A DNA stretch of 64,000 bases, taken from positions 1 through 64,000 of the forward strand of contig CAZCME010000003.1 of the NCBI GenBank assembly GCA_964499705.1. The letters are read 5' to 3'. Under the pieces are notes generated by a model. That model was not told where the DNA came from. It ran no database searches and saw only the letters and a program-made list of their open reading frames with translations. Within the stretch, counting starts at the first letter, position 1; each line of letters begins with the position of its first letter. A program made the position numbers and the translations under genes. Shown here in pieces: positions 8,456 to 18,902 of the stretch. This DNA comes from an uncultured bacterium. Lineage in GTDB: Bacteria > UBA8481.

Positions 8456-10131
8456 AAACTCTCATCGACCGCGCGCTCGACGGCAACGAGCCGGCCATCG
8501 CGGACGGATTCCTCGATGCGACGGGCGCCGACGGAATTCTCTGGATCGGCGCCGGAGACGCTCTTCTTTCCAGCCGGATCCGGGGATCGATTTCCAGAAC
8601 CACGCTCGATGAGGAAGCCTTCGCGCTCATCGATTTTCTCCAGCACCACCACGGCTTCCAGCAGGCGCCCGAGTTCCCGGAGGTCGACATCGACGAATCG
8701 CTTGTGTTCGATCCGGCGGAGCCTCATCCGAGGTGGAAGAGGATCGTGCCGATTCTCATGGAGGAAACCTGCATCGGCGGAGCTCTGATCTTCTCCAGGG
8801 ATGACAGAACTCCCGATGAAGAAACCGTCGCCGAGTGTTCCACGGCCCTCACCGTCTCCTTTCTCATCCGGCAGCAGCAGCGGCGCATCGACATCGCGAC
8901 CGACCGGCTGAACGAGCTCTCGGAGGTCGGCCGGATTTTCGCGGGCGTCGGCGAACCGGAGCGGACGATGAGCAGGATCCTGGAGCTGGCGATGCGGGCT
9001 TCGTCGGCGGAAACAGGCGTCATCATCGATATCGACCGGGAGGGCCATCTGTCCGCGACCGGAATGAGCCTGCAGACAGTGAGCGGCGTCCGGTTCCGTT
9101 CGGGAGAAAGTCTCGTGGAACGCGCGCTTGCCGCGGAAGATGTCATCATCCTCCTTCCCGACCGCCTGCGCGAGGAACTGGATCCGACGTCCACGAACAT
9201 GGTGATCGACACGTTCACGGCTTTCCCTCTGCAGCACGAACTGCGCACCTGCGGAGCTCTTATTCTCATCAACATTCCGCCGCTTCTGCTGGCGGACGAT
9301 CATTTCGTCGCGGTACTAGGAACGGTCGCGCGCCTCGCGGCCGCCGCGATCACGGCCGAGGAAAGGCAGAAGGATCTCCTAGAACAGGAACTGACCCGCC
9401 AGGAACTGTCCTCCGCGCACGCGATCCAGGCGAGTCTCCTGCCGAAGGAGATACCGCCGTTCCTGGGCCTCATCATGGCGGGCATGTGGAAACCGTCGCG
9501 AACCGTGGGCGGAGATTTCTACGACATCTTCCCTCTCTCGAAGACAAAGCTCGGCATCATCATGGCCGACGTTTCCGGAAAGGGAATTCCCGCGGGACTC
9601 CTCATGACGATCGCGCGCTCCTATTTCCGCGTGATCGCCGTCGATTTCGTCTCGTCGCCGGGCGGAGCTTTGAAGAGAATCAACAGGCTGCTGTGCAAGG
9701 AAATCGCCGACAACCGGTTCATCACGGCCTGCTACATCGTCCTCGATGTCGCTCACCGCACGGGCCTCTATGCGAACGCGGGGCATTATCCACCCGTCCT
9801 CGTGCGGCCGGACGGAAATCCGGAACTTCTCTCCAATGCATCGGGCCTTCCTCTCGGCATCTTCGAGGACACGGAATATTCCGACGAGGAATTCCGTTTC
9901 GAGCCCGAATCCTCGCTGATTCTCTACACCGACGGGCTCGTGGAAGTGAAAGACGACGAAGCGAAGATCTTCGGCATGCAGAGGCTCCTGGAATCGACCC
10001 GCGGCCAGAACAAACTCGATCCCCAGGCGCTTTTGGACCGGCTCTGGATGCAGACGATCTCATATGCGCCCCACGCGGAACCGGCGGACGACTGGACGGC
10101 GGTGGCCGTAAAGTATGTGACCACGGAATAG
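8452..10131 (+). CDS. GAF-like + PP2C (SpoIIE/RsbU family) phosphatase
   Basis: IQASLLP, VGGDFYD, DVSGKG, NAGH, YTDGLVE and DDWT motifs. Start inferred at the CTG overlapping the HDOD stop. Confidence 0.9.
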   Translation: MKTLIDRALDGNEPAIADGFLDATGADGILWIGAGDALLSSRIRGSISRTTLDEEAFALIDFLQHHHGFQQAPEFPEVDIDESLVFDPAEPHPRWKRIVPILMEETCIGGALIFSRDDRTPDEETVAECSTALTVSFLIRQQQRRIDIATDRLNELSEVGRIFAGVGEPERTMSRILELAMRASSAETGVIIDIDREGHLSATGMSLQTVSGVRFRSGESLVERALAAEDVIILLPDRLREELDPTSTNMVIDTFTAFPLQHELRTCGALILINIPPLLLADDHFVAVLGTVARLAAAAITAEERQKDLLEQELTRQELSSAHAIQASLLPKEIPPFLGLIMAGMWKPSRTVGGDFYDIFPLSKTKLGIIMADVSGKGIPAGLLMTIARSYFRVIAVDFVSSPGGALKRINRLLCKEIADNRFITACYIVLDVAHRTGLYANAGHYPPVLVRPDGNPELLSNASGLPLGIFEDTEYSDEEFRFEPESSLILYTDGLVEVKDDEAKIFGMQRLLESTRGQNKLDPQALLDRLWMQTISYAPHAEPADDWTAVAVKYVTTE

Positions 10132-10154
10132 GATGAGGACTCTGGGGAACCCGA

Positions 10155-10222
10155 AATCCTGACAACATCCTGAATCCAAATCTGCGAATCATCCAGCGGA
10201 GGTTCCTGTCGGGATTCAGGAT
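10155..10222. repeat. Intergenic imperfect inverted repeat (ATCCTG-based, REP-like)
   Basis: ATCCTGAATCC (10167-10177) is complementary to GGATTCAGGAT (10212-10222). AATCCTGACA nearly pairs with TGTCGGGATT. Confidence 0.55.
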
Positions 10223-10305
10223 TTTCCAAGGTGCTTCGCAGACAGCGATTGCCACAGGCGGGAAGCGAAACTATAGTGGTTAAAGAACGAGGAGGCGGGA
10301 CGGGA

Positions 10306-10608
10306 ATGGAAATATCGACGGCACAGGAAGGGAATTCTTGCGTCGTTTCGTTGAAGGGCGACCTGGATGTCTCGTCCAGCGAAACGGTGGAGACGACCTT
10401 GACGGAACTGATCGGGCGCGTCGCCGTCGTCGTCGTCGATCTCTCCGCCGTTCCTTTCGCCGACTCGTCCGGCCTGGGAGGCCTCATCGCCGCCTACAAG
10501 AAAGCCCAGGCGCAGGGCAAGGAGATCCGGCTCCGGAAGCCGACTCCGATCGTCTCCGAAATCCTGACGATCACGAGAATGAAGAGATTTTTCCCGGTGG
10601 AGGAGTAG
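10306..10608 (+). CDS. STAS-domain anti-sigma-factor antagonist (RsbV/SpoIIAA-like)
   Basis: LKGDLD and DLSAVPFADSSGLG with the phospho-acceptor Ser; GGAGG upstream. Confidence 0.92.
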   Translation: MEISTAQEGNSCVVSLKGDLDVSSSETVETTLTELIGRVAVVVVDLSAVPFADSSGLGGLIAAYKKAQAQGKEIRLRKPTPIVSEILTITRMKRFFPVEE

Positions 10609-10615
10609 GTGTAAA

Positions 10616-10655
10616 GGATGAGGGATGAAGTATTTCATCCTTCATCCCTTTCTTT
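10616..10655 (+). terminator. Hairpin of 7-nt repeats, possible terminator or REP-like element
   Basis: GGATGAGGGATGAA-gtat-TTCATCCTTCATCC followed by CTTTCTTT. Confidence 0.5.
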
Positions 10656-10656
10656 C

Positions 10657-10730
<74 letters not shown>

Positions 10731-10732
10731 CT

Positions 10733-11425
10733 TTAGTTTCCACTCCACTGCGTCACCGCATAATCCAGCTGGAAGCCCGGGCCGGGCCTGTTCGTCACGA
10801 GCATCGCGGCGGCGCCATCGCCGAAGATCGCGCAGGAGACGATGTGGTCGGCGGAAAAATCGGAAGACTGGAACGTGAGCGTCGCGAGTTCCACCGCCAC
10901 AACGAGCACGGTCGAGTCCGCATGCGATCGCAGATAATCGTCGGCGAACCTGATGACGGCCACTCCGGCCGCGCAACCCAGTTCCGTGATCGGCAGGCGG
11001 TTCACATCGCGGCGAAATTCGAATTGGTTGAGCAGGTGCGCATCCAGGGAAGGAATCATGAAACCGGTGCAGGACACGGAGATGATCATGTCGACATCAC
11101 CGGCTTCCATATTCTGCGTCTCCAGAATATCCCACACAACCTGCTCGCCCAGTTCACGACCCACGTGCATATAATCGCGGTTTTTCTCCCCGAGCGGGCG
11201 ATCTGGCCGAAGGTTCCCGACAGGAATCGCGCTGTATCGCTCCTCGACGCCCGCATTCCGCATCACGCGAAGGGCCTTTTTCCTGTCCACGTCCTCACCG
11301 GCCGCGTCAGGCTCGCGCTTATCGTAATCGCTGTCATACCAGCGCTCGATGGCCTTCATCGCCCGCGCCTGATCAAACTTGTGATCGGGAACTGCCGTCG
11401 CAATGGCCGAAATTCGGCTCGTCAT
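10733..11425 (-). pseudogene. C-terminally truncated type III polyketide synthase (chalcone/alkylresorcinol synthase family)
   Basis: SCTGFMIPSLD, LGCAAG (catalytic Cys), VELATL and IFGDGAAA motifs. Only 230 aa; the catalytic His/Asn region is absent. Confidence 0.8.
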
Positions 11426-11475
11426 GATTTCGAAGTCACCCCTCAGGATCTCTCAGTTGATCCTGCCTCATAACC

Positions 11476-11540
11476 TATGGATAAACAGTGGAAATATTTT
11501 CACCGCCCCCCTTGACATCCGCTTGACGCCTGTGGATAAT
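11476..11540 (+). promoter_or_regulatory. sigma70 promoter of the rpmG-secE-nusG operon overlapped by a DnaA box
   Basis: TTGACA (11512-11517), 17 nt, GATAAT (11535-11540). Perfect box TGTGGATAA at 11531-11539 and an 8/9 box TATGGATAA at 11476-11484. Confidence 0.65.
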
Positions 11541-11656
11541 GTTCGTCTTCACCTCAGAAATGAGTGGATCATCCTTGAAACGCACCTGAAGAAGTGCGAC
11601 CTCAGGAGACTTCGCCAAGCGGGCGGGGGGCCCGGGGGATAATGGAGTATTGAGCT

Positions 11657-11806
11657 ATGCAGGAAGTGATCAATCTCGCGTGCGAAACGTGCAAACGGCG
11701 CAACTACGCGACAAAGAGGACCAAGCGTCCGAACCAGGAGCGGCTGGCACTTAAGAAGTACTGCCGATTCTGCCGGACACGCACGGTCCATAAGGAAGTG
11801 AAGTAA
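11657..11806 (+). CDS. rpmG: 50S ribosomal protein L33, Zn-ribbon form (not in the ORF track)
   Basis: MQEVINLACETCKRRNYATKRTKRPNQERLALKKYCRFCRTRTVHKEVK; GGAG RBS. Confidence 0.96.
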   Translation: MQEVINLACETCKRRNYATKRTKRPNQERLALKKYCRFCRTRTVHKEVK

Positions 11807-11862
11807 GAGCTGGACGGACCGTTCCTGGAACGATCCGGATGGTTCGAAGGGACTTGTCCCGA

Positions 11863-11935
11863 AGGGCTGTAGCTCAATCGGTAGAGCACCGGTCTCCAAA
11901 ACCGGGGGCTGCGAGTTCGAGTCTCGCCGGCCCTG
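11863..11935 (+). tRNA. tRNA-Trp (CCA)
   Basis: Cloverleaf AGGGCTG...CGGCCCT with anticodon arm CCGGT-CTCCAAA-ACCGG, between rpmG and secE. 3' CCA not encoded. Confidence 0.97.
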
Positions 11936-11990
11936 ATGCGACGTGTCGCGAGAAGTCAGACCGGACGAATGGCATGAGGAAGCGTTGAAA

Positions 11991-12200
11991 ATGGAAGTTC
12001 TGAAGAAATTCAAGATCTATCTCCAGGAAGTCTGGGGGGAAGTCAAGCACCCCGATGGGAAGGTTTCCTGGCCCACGAAAGACGAAGTGCGCGGATCGAC
12101 GTACGTCGTGATCGTCACGGTCGCGATCTTCGGAGCGTATCTCGCCCTGGTGGACGTAGTGGTCGGTTGGGTTGTTTCTTACGCCCTCAAGATCGGATAG
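11991..12200 (+). CDS. secE: Preprotein translocase SecE
   Basis: E...KVSWPT motif plus one TM helix; upstream of nusG. Confidence 0.93.
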   Translation: MEVLKKFKIYLQEVWGEVKHPDGKVSWPTKDEVRGSTYVVIVTVAIFGAYLALVDVVVGWVVSYALKIG

Positions 12201-12215
12201 AGGGAGGCAGCGACG

Positions 12216-12848
12216 ATGCAACAGGCAAACGAATCCGCGCCGGTGGAAACTGCGGCCGGAGCCGCCGCCGTGATGGAGGCTCCTGTCGAGGAACCGATCG
12301 TCGCGAAGAAGCGGTGGTATGTCGTCCACACGCAGTCGGGATTCGAGAACAAGGTCCAGGCGAACCTGGAGAAGCGGATCAAGACGCTGGGAGTCGGCGA
12401 CAAGGTATTCCGCATCCTCATCCCGACGGAAGAAGTCGCGGAAATGCGCGACGGGAAGAGGAAAATCTCGCGCCGCAAGTTCTTCCCGGGGTATGTCCTC
12501 GTGGAGATGGAAGCGGACAACGAGAACGCGTGGTTCGTCATCCGAAACACGCCGGGAGTGACGAATTTCGTCGGATCGGACGGGAAGCCTCAATCGCTTC
12601 CGGACGACGAAGTGCGGCATATCCTGCGGCAGATGGGCATGATCGGCGAAGTGGAAAAGCCGAAGATCAAGCCGAAGCTGGAGCTGGAAGTCGGAGAGTC
12701 CGTCAGGATCACCGACGGTCCGTTCCGGGATTTCGTCGGCATGGTCGAGGAAGCCAATCCGGACCGCGGCAAGGTGAAGGTCATGGTCACGATCTTCGGC
12801 CGGAGCGCGCCCGTGGAGCTGGATTTTCTCCAGGTCGCGAAGCTGTAA
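12216..12848 (+). CDS. nusG: Transcription factor NusG
   Basis: WYVVHTQSG, FFPGYVLV, NTPGVTNFVG and KOW ITDGPF...IFGR motifs. Confidence 0.98.
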   Translation: MQQANESAPVETAAGAAAVMEAPVEEPIVAKKRWYVVHTQSGFENKVQANLEKRIKTLGVGDKVFRILIPTEEVAEMRDGKRKISRRKFFPGYVLVEMEADNENAWFVIRNTPGVTNFVGSDGKPQSLPDDEVRHILRQMGMIGEVEKPKIKPKLELEVGESVRITDGPFRDFVGMVEEANPDRGKVKVMVTIFGRSAPVELDFLQVAKL

Positions 12849-12897
12849 GGCAGTACTCCCGCGAAGGCGCGGGAGCGTGGTGTGTTGCGGGAAGTTT

Positions 12898-12927
12898 GCG
12901 GGAGCGGCGCCGAGCCGCATTTACCGC
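12898..12927 (+). promoter_or_regulatory. Probable L1-binding autoregulatory leader of rplK-rplA
   Basis: GCGGGAG-CGGC-loop-GCCG-CATTT-ACCGC resembles the GYGGGAG...ACCRC L1 site and lies in the rplK 5' UTR. Confidence 0.6.
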
Positions 12928-12985
12928 CAGGCAGTAACAACTCGGAGGTTGCAAGGATGTCGACATATCGGAAAGGGCGTCGCAT

Positions 12986-13408
12986 ATGAAGAAGGTGACG
13001 ACCCAGATCAAGCTGCAGATCCCCGCGGGAAAAGCCAATCCCGCGCCGCCTGTCGGTCCCGCCCTGGGACAACACGGCGTGAACATCATGGCGTTCTGCA
13101 AGGAATTCAACGCGCGAACACAGAAGGAAGGCGACACGATCATACCGGTCGTCATCACGGTCTACGCGGACCGCTCCTTCGATTTCATCCTGAAGACTCC
13201 GCCCGCGGCCATTCTCCTCAAGAAAGCCGCCCGCATCGATAAAGGCTCCGGCGTGCCCCACAAGCAGAAGGTCGCCAAGCTGACGAAGAAGCAGGTGGAG
13301 GAGATCGCGAAGCAGAAGATGACCGACCTGAACGCTCACACGATCGAAGCCGCGATGAAGATCATCGAAGGCACGGCGCGCTCCATGGGCATCGAGGTGA
13401 CGCCATGA
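12986..13408 (+). CDS. rplK: 50S ribosomal protein L11
   Basis: [21 protein letters not shown] and GTARSMGI motifs. Confidence 0.98.
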   Translation: MKKVTTQIKLQIPAGKANPAPPVGPALGQHGVNIMAFCKEFNARTQKEGDTIIPVVITVYADRSFDFILKTPPAAILLKKAARIDKGSGVPHKQKVAKLTKKQVEEIAKQKMTDLNAHTIEAAMKIIEGTARSMGIEVTP

Positions 13409-14115
13409 CGGGCGCCAGCAAGCGATACCGCAGCGCCGCGGAGAAGGTCAAGGGGTCGAACGGTTCCGTTTTCCCGCTCGACACCGCCATCTCCACGGTG
13501 AAGGAGAACGCGACGGCGAAGTTCGACGAGACCGTCGACCTCGCGATCCGCCTGGGCATTGACGCGACGCAGTCCGACCAGAATGTCCGCGGCACGGTCA
13601 ACCTGCCCCACGGCACGGGCAAGAAGGTCCGGGTCATCGTCTTCGCGCAGGGCGAGAAGCAGAAGGAAGCGGAAGCGGCCGGCGCGGAAGTCGTCGGCGG
13701 CGCCGATCTTGTCGCGAAGGTCCAGGAAGGCTGGGTCGATTTCGACATCGCGATCTCGACTCCGGACATGATGAAGGACGTCGGCAAGCTCGGCAAGGTC
13801 CTGGGTCCCAAGGGGCTCATGCCGAATCCGAAATCCGGCACGGTCACCTTCGACATCTCCAAGGCCGTGAAGGATTTCAAGGCCGGCAAGGTGGAATACC
13901 GGAACGACAAGTCGGGCAATGTTCATGTCCCGATCGGCAAGGCGTCGTTCACCAAGGACGCGCTCCTGGAAAACGCCCGCGTGGTTCTCTCCGCGGTGCT
14001 CCGGGCCAAGCCCGCCGCCTCGAAGGGCACGTTCGTCCGCGGTGTCTCCATGTCGTCGACGATGGGCCCCGGCGTGCGGATCGATCCGGCGTCCCTGAAG
14101 GAGCTGACACGATGA
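13405..14115 (+). CDS. rplA: 50S ribosomal protein L1
   Basis: [15 protein letters not shown] and [11 protein letters not shown] motifs. Confidence 0.98.
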   Translation: MTGASKRYRSAAEKVKGSNGSVFPLDTAISTVKENATAKFDETVDLAIRLGIDATQSDQNVRGTVNLPHGTGKKVRVIVFAQGEKQKEAEAAGAEVVGGADLVAKVQEGWVDFDIAISTPDMMKDVGKLGKVLGPKGLMPNPKSGTVTFDISKAVKDFKAGKVEYRNDKSGNVHVPIGKASFTKDALLENARVVLSAVLRAKPAASKGTFVRGVSMSSTMGPGVRIDPASLKELTR

Positions 14116-14681
14116 GCATGGCAAAAGGACCTTTGTCGGAAGTGAAACCGGAGAAGATCGAGACGGTCGCGGCGATCAAGCAGACCTACGCCTCGACGGC
14201 CGCGAAGGGCGGTTCGCTCGTCTTCGCGGAATATTCGGGCCTGAAAGTGGAGGATCTCTTCAAGCTGAGGAAGTCCCTGCGTGAAAAATCCGTCCGGCTC
14301 CAGGTGCTGAAGAACACGCTCGTCCGAAGGGCGCTGGAGGAAAGCGGAGTGACGGGCGCGTCGGATTACCTGAAGGGCCCGATCGCGGTCGCGTTTTCGC
14401 CCGATGAAGTTTCGGCTTCGAAGGTGATGACGCAGTTCGCCAAGGAAATGGACGACCTGAAGATCCAGTCGAGAAAGCTCGTCATCAAGGGCGGCGTCGT
14501 GGACGGCAAGGCGATTTCCGCGAAGGAAGTCGCGACGCTCGCGACTCTGCCCAGCCGCGAAGAGGTGCTTGCGAAGCTGCTCGCCCTCATCAACGCTCCC
14601 GCGGTGCAGCTGCTGCGGCTCATCAAGGAACCCGGCACGCGCGTGGCGCGCGTCGTGCAGGCGATATCGGAAAGGAAGTAA
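14112..14681 (+). CDS. rplJ: 50S ribosomal protein L10
   Basis: YSGL, VLKNTL, LKGP and LATLPSREE motifs; synteny. Confidence 0.96.
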   Translation: MSMAKGPLSEVKPEKIETVAAIKQTYASTAAKGGSLVFAEYSGLKVEDLFKLRKSLREKSVRLQVLKNTLVRRALEESGVTGASDYLKGPIAVAFSPDEVSASKVMTQFAKEMDDLKIQSRKLVIKGGVVDGKAISAKEVATLATLPSREEVLAKLLALINAPAVQLLRLIKEPGTRVARVVQAISERK

Positions 14682-14781
14682 AGGGGCGCACTCCGTCGAC
14701 AGGCTCGCCCGAGACAGGGTTGCCTGGGAAACGGAAGGCGATGGACAACGACTTTTTGAAGAGGAATTAAGGAGGAAGACA

Positions 14782-15156
<375 letters not shown>

Positions 15157-15383
15157 TCAAGACGCTGACCAAGTTCAGATCATTCTTCATTCATCGGGAC
15201 TCCCGAACCGGAACGCGCGCTTCCGACGTGCGCATTCCGGAGCCGGCCACAAGCCGGTTCGCGGGGTCCCCGGCATGTTTCAGCAGTGTGAGAGCGTGAG
15301 CTCCGCCATGACGGACCGGCTTGATGCCGGCGCGGACCGGTATGCAGCCGGCGCGGGGCAAACCACAGGAGGTTCCAACTAAT

Positions 15384-18300
15384 ATGCGTCACGAATCCAA
15401 TCCGTACCGGGAACGAATTTCGTTCGCCAAGCTCGAGTCCATCCAGGAAATACCGGACCTCGTGGATATCCAGAGGCGTTCGTACGAGTGGTTTCTCCAG
15501 CTGGCCGCCAGGCCGGACGATAGAAAAATGCAGGGTCTCGAAGCGGTCTTCCGCGAGATCTTCCCCATCTCCGACACATATGAAAAGAACCTCACGCTCG
15601 AATATGTCGGATATTCGATCGGCGAGCCGAAATACTCGGAATTCGAATGCTGCGACCGCGACCAGACGTACGCCGCTCCGCTGAAAATAAAAGTCAGGCT
15701 CATCAACCGCCAGACGGGCGAAATCCGGGAGCAGGACGTCTACATGGGTGACATGCCGCTCATGACCACCCGCGGAACCTTCATCATCAACGGCGCGGAG
15801 CGCGTCATCGTGAACCAGGTCCATCGTTCCCCCGGCGTCGTCTTCGACCACGACGAAGGCAAGACGCACCCGGCCGGAAAGCGGCTCTACTCCGCGAAGA
15901 TCCTGCCGTATCGCGGAGCCTGGATCGAGATGGAGTATGAAGTCGGAGAACTCCTGAACGTCCGGATCGACCGCAAGCGGAAGCTCCCCGTCACGATCTT
16001 CCTGAAAGCGATCGGCCTGGAAAAGACCGTCGAAATCCTCGACCGCTTCTACGAATCGAAGATTCTCCGGTACGCTCCGCCCGCCGCGGACAAGGAACAC
16101 GTCTGGAAGGACGCGGTCCCGATCGAGGACATCGTCGACACCTCCACGGGCGAAGTGCTCGCGATCGCCGGCAAGGGGCTGGACGATCCCGCGATCCACC
16201 GGCTGGAAGTCGCCGGCATCAAGCAGATCAAGGTCGTCAACCTCGGCGAAGACGGCGACGTCACGATTCTCCGGACGCTCGACGAGGAGCGGAAGAAATT
16301 CTCCGATACCGACATGACGCACCTGTCCGCCGACGAGGCGGTCTCCCGCATCATGGACGTCCTCCGGCCCGGCGATGCGCCTCCGCCGGAGACCGCGCGC
16401 GAGGAACTGCGCAGGCTCTTCTTCGACGCGCGCCGCTACGATCTCGGCGAGGTCGGACGCTACCAGCTGAATCGGAAGCTCGGCTTCGATCTCCGCACGG
16501 TCGTCGAGCGCGTGCTGCGGCCGGACGACATCGTCGCCGTCGTCGAAAAGCTGATTGGCTTGAACGTCGACCAGGGATTGACGGACGACACGGACCACCT
16601 GGCGAACCGCCGCGTCCGTTCCGTCGGCGAGCTTCTGCAGAACCAGTTCCGCGTGGGATTGACGCGCATGGAAAAAGTGATCAACCAGCGCATGACCACG
16701 CAGGATGAGGACACGATGACGCCGCAGGAGCTCATTAACATCAAGCCCGTGACGGCGATCGTGAAGGAATTCTTCGGATCCTCGCAGCTGTCCCAGTTCA
16801 TGGACCAGACGAATCCGCTCGCGGAACTGACGCACAAGCGGCGGCTCTCGGCCCTCGGACCGGGCGGTCTGAAGCGCGAACGCGCGCTCTCCGACGTCCG
16901 CGACGTGCACCGCACGCACTACGGACGCATCTGCCCGATCGAGACGCCTGAAGGTCCGAACATCGGCCTCATCGTGTCGCTCGCGACATTCGCGCGCGTC
17001 AACGAGTACGGCTTCATCGAAGCGCCGTACCGCCGCGTGCGCGATCAAAAGGTGACGAACGAGATCGACTGGCTGACGGCCGACGCGGAAGACAAGTACA
17101 CGATCGCGCAGGCCTCCTCGGAAATCGACGCCAAGAAGAGCACGTTCGTCGACGAGAACGTCTTCGCCCGCCACCGCGCGCAGTATTTCTTCTCGCCCGC
17201 GGACAAGGCCGACTACATGGACGTCTCCCCGGAAATGGTCGTCTCCGTATCGACAGCTCTCATTCCCTTCCTGGAGCACGACGACGCGAACCGCGCCCTG
17301 ATGGGTTCGAACATGCAGCGCCAGGCGGTCCCGCTTCTCATCCCGCACGCTCCCCGCATCGGCACCGGCATGGAGTATCGCGCCGCGTACGATTCCGGAG
17401 CGGTGATCATCGCGGACGAGGACGGCACGGTCGAATATGTCGATTCGTCCCGCATTCTCATCAAGCAGAAGGGCAAGTCCGCGCCGCACGAGTACCGGCT
17501 CTTCAAGTTCCACCGGTCCAACCAGTCCACCTGCATCAACCAGCGGCCTCTCGTCCGGAAGGGCGAGAACATCAAAAAGGGCCAAGTCATCGCGGATGGC
17601 GCGGCGACGAACAAGTCCGAGCTCGCGCTCGGGCAGAACGTCATCGTCGCGTTCATGTCGTGGGAGGGCTACAACTTCGAGGACGCGATCGTCATCTCCA
17701 ACCGCATCGTGAAGGAAGACGTCTTCACGTCGATCCACATCGAGAGCTTCGACATCGAGGCGCGCGACACGAAGATCGGCAAGGAAGTCATCACGAAGGA
17801 TATCCCGAACGTCGGGGAGCAGAGTCTCACGCATCTCGACGACAACGGCATCGTGAAGGTCGGCTCGTGGGTCAAGCCCACGGACATTCTCGTCGGCAAG
17901 ATCACGCCGAAGGGTTCGATCGACCTGACGCCGGAACACAAGCTGCTCTATTCCATCTTCGGCGAGAAGGCGCGCGATGTGCGCGACACGTCGCTGCGCG
18001 TGCCGCACGGCGTCGAGGGCATGGTGACCGACGTCAAGATCTTCACGCGCCAGGCCGGCGATGAGCTCGGACCGGGCGTCGAAATGAAAGTGAAAGTTCT
18101 CGTCGCCAACCGCCGGAAGCTCTGCGTCGGAGACAAGATGGCCGGACGCCACGGCAACAAGGGCGTCGTCTCCATCATCGTTCCCGAGGAAGACATGCCG
18201 TTCATGGCGGACGGCACGCCGGTCGACGTCGTCCTGAACCCGCTGGGCGTGCCCTCGCGCATGAACATCGGGCAGATTCTCGAAGTGCACTTCGGATGGG

Positions 18301-18902
18301 CGGCCCATCACCTGGACCTTCACATCGCGACGCCCGTATTCAACGGTTCGACGGAACAGGAAGTGAAATTCTATCTCGCGGAAGCGGGTTTGCCTCATCA
18401 CGGCAAGACGACCTTGTACAACGGCAAGACCGGAGACATGATCGAGAACGACGTCGTCGTCGGGATCATGTACATGCTGAAACTGAATCACCTCGTCGAC
18501 GACAAGATCCACGCTCGCTCCACGGGTCCGTACTCCCTCGTCACGCAGCAACCGCTCGGCGGCAAGGCGCAGTTCGGCGGACAGCGGCTCGGAGAGATGG
18601 AAGTCTGGGCGCTCGAGGCGTACGGCGCGGCCTACACGCTGCAGGAACTGCTGACCGTGAAGTCCGACGACGTCGTCGGGCGATCGAAAGTATATGAAGC
18701 TATCGTCAAGGGCGAGAACGCCCCGCCTCCCGGCATCCCCGAGTCGTTCAACGTGCTCGTCCGGGAACTGCAGGGGCTGGCCCTCGACATCCAGATCATC
18801 TCCGAAAACGGAGAGATCATCGAGCTGGAGGAATCCGACGAAGACACGCTCTTCGGACTCCAATCGTCGAGTCGTGACAAGAACAAAAGGAGTGAAGTCT
18901 GA
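15384..18902 (+). CDS. rpoB: RNA polymerase beta subunit
   Basis: [40 protein letters not shown] and GGQRLGEME motifs; AGGAGG RBS. Confidence 0.99.
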   Translation: MRHESNPYRERISFAKLESIQEIPDLVDIQRRSYEWFLQLAARPDDRKMQGLEAVFREIFPISDTYEKNLTLEYVGYSIGEPKYSEFECCDRDQTYAAPLKIKVRLINRQTGEIREQDVYMGDMPLMTTRGTFIINGAERVIVNQVHRSPGVVFDHDEGKTHPAGKRLYSAKILPYRGAWIEMEYEVGELLNVRIDRKRKLPVTIFLKAIGLEKTVEILDRFYESKILRYAPPAADKEHVWKDAVPIEDIVDTSTGEVLAIAGKGLDDPAIHRLEVAGIKQIKVVNLGEDGDVTILRTLDEERKKFSDTDMTHLSADEAVSRIMDVLRPGDAPPPETAREELRRLFFDARRYDLGEVGRYQLNRKLGFDLRTVVERVLRPDDIVAVVEKLIGLNVDQGLTDDTDHLANRRVRSVGELLQNQFRVGLTRMEKVINQRMTTQDEDTMTPQELINIKPVTAIVKEFFGSSQLSQFMDQTNPLAELTHKRRLSALGPGGLKRERALSDVRDVHRTHYGRICPIETPEGPNIGLIVSLATFARVNEYGFIEAPYRRVRDQKVTNEIDWLTADAEDKYTIAQASSEIDAKKSTFVDENVFARHRAQYFFSPADKADYMDVSPEMVVSVSTALIPFLEHDDANRALMGSNMQRQAVPLLIPHAPRIGTGMEYRAAYDSGAVIIADEDGTVEYVDSSRILIKQKGKSAPHEYRLFKFHRSNQSTCINQRPLVRKGENIKKGQVIADGAATNKSELALGQNVIVAFMSWEGYNFEDAIVISNRIVKEDVFTSIHIESFDIEARDTKIGKEVITKDIPNVGEQSLTHLDDNGIVKVGSWVKPTDILVGKITPKGSIDLTPEHKLLYSIFGEKARDVRDTSLRVPHGVEGMVTDVKIFTRQAGDELGPGVEMKVKVLVANRRKLCVGDKMAGRHGNKGVVSIIVPEEDMPFMADGTPVDVVLNPLGVPSRMNIGQILEVHFGWAAHHLDLHIATPVFNGSTEQEVKFYLAEAGLPHHGKTTLYNGKTGDMIENDVVVGIMYMLKLNHLVDDKIHARSTGPYSLVTQQPLGGKAQFGGQRLGEMEVWALEAYGAAYTLQELLTVKSDDVVGRSKVYEAIVKGENAPPPGIPESFNVLVRELQGLALDIQIISENGEIIELEESDEDTLFGLQSSSRDKNKRSEV

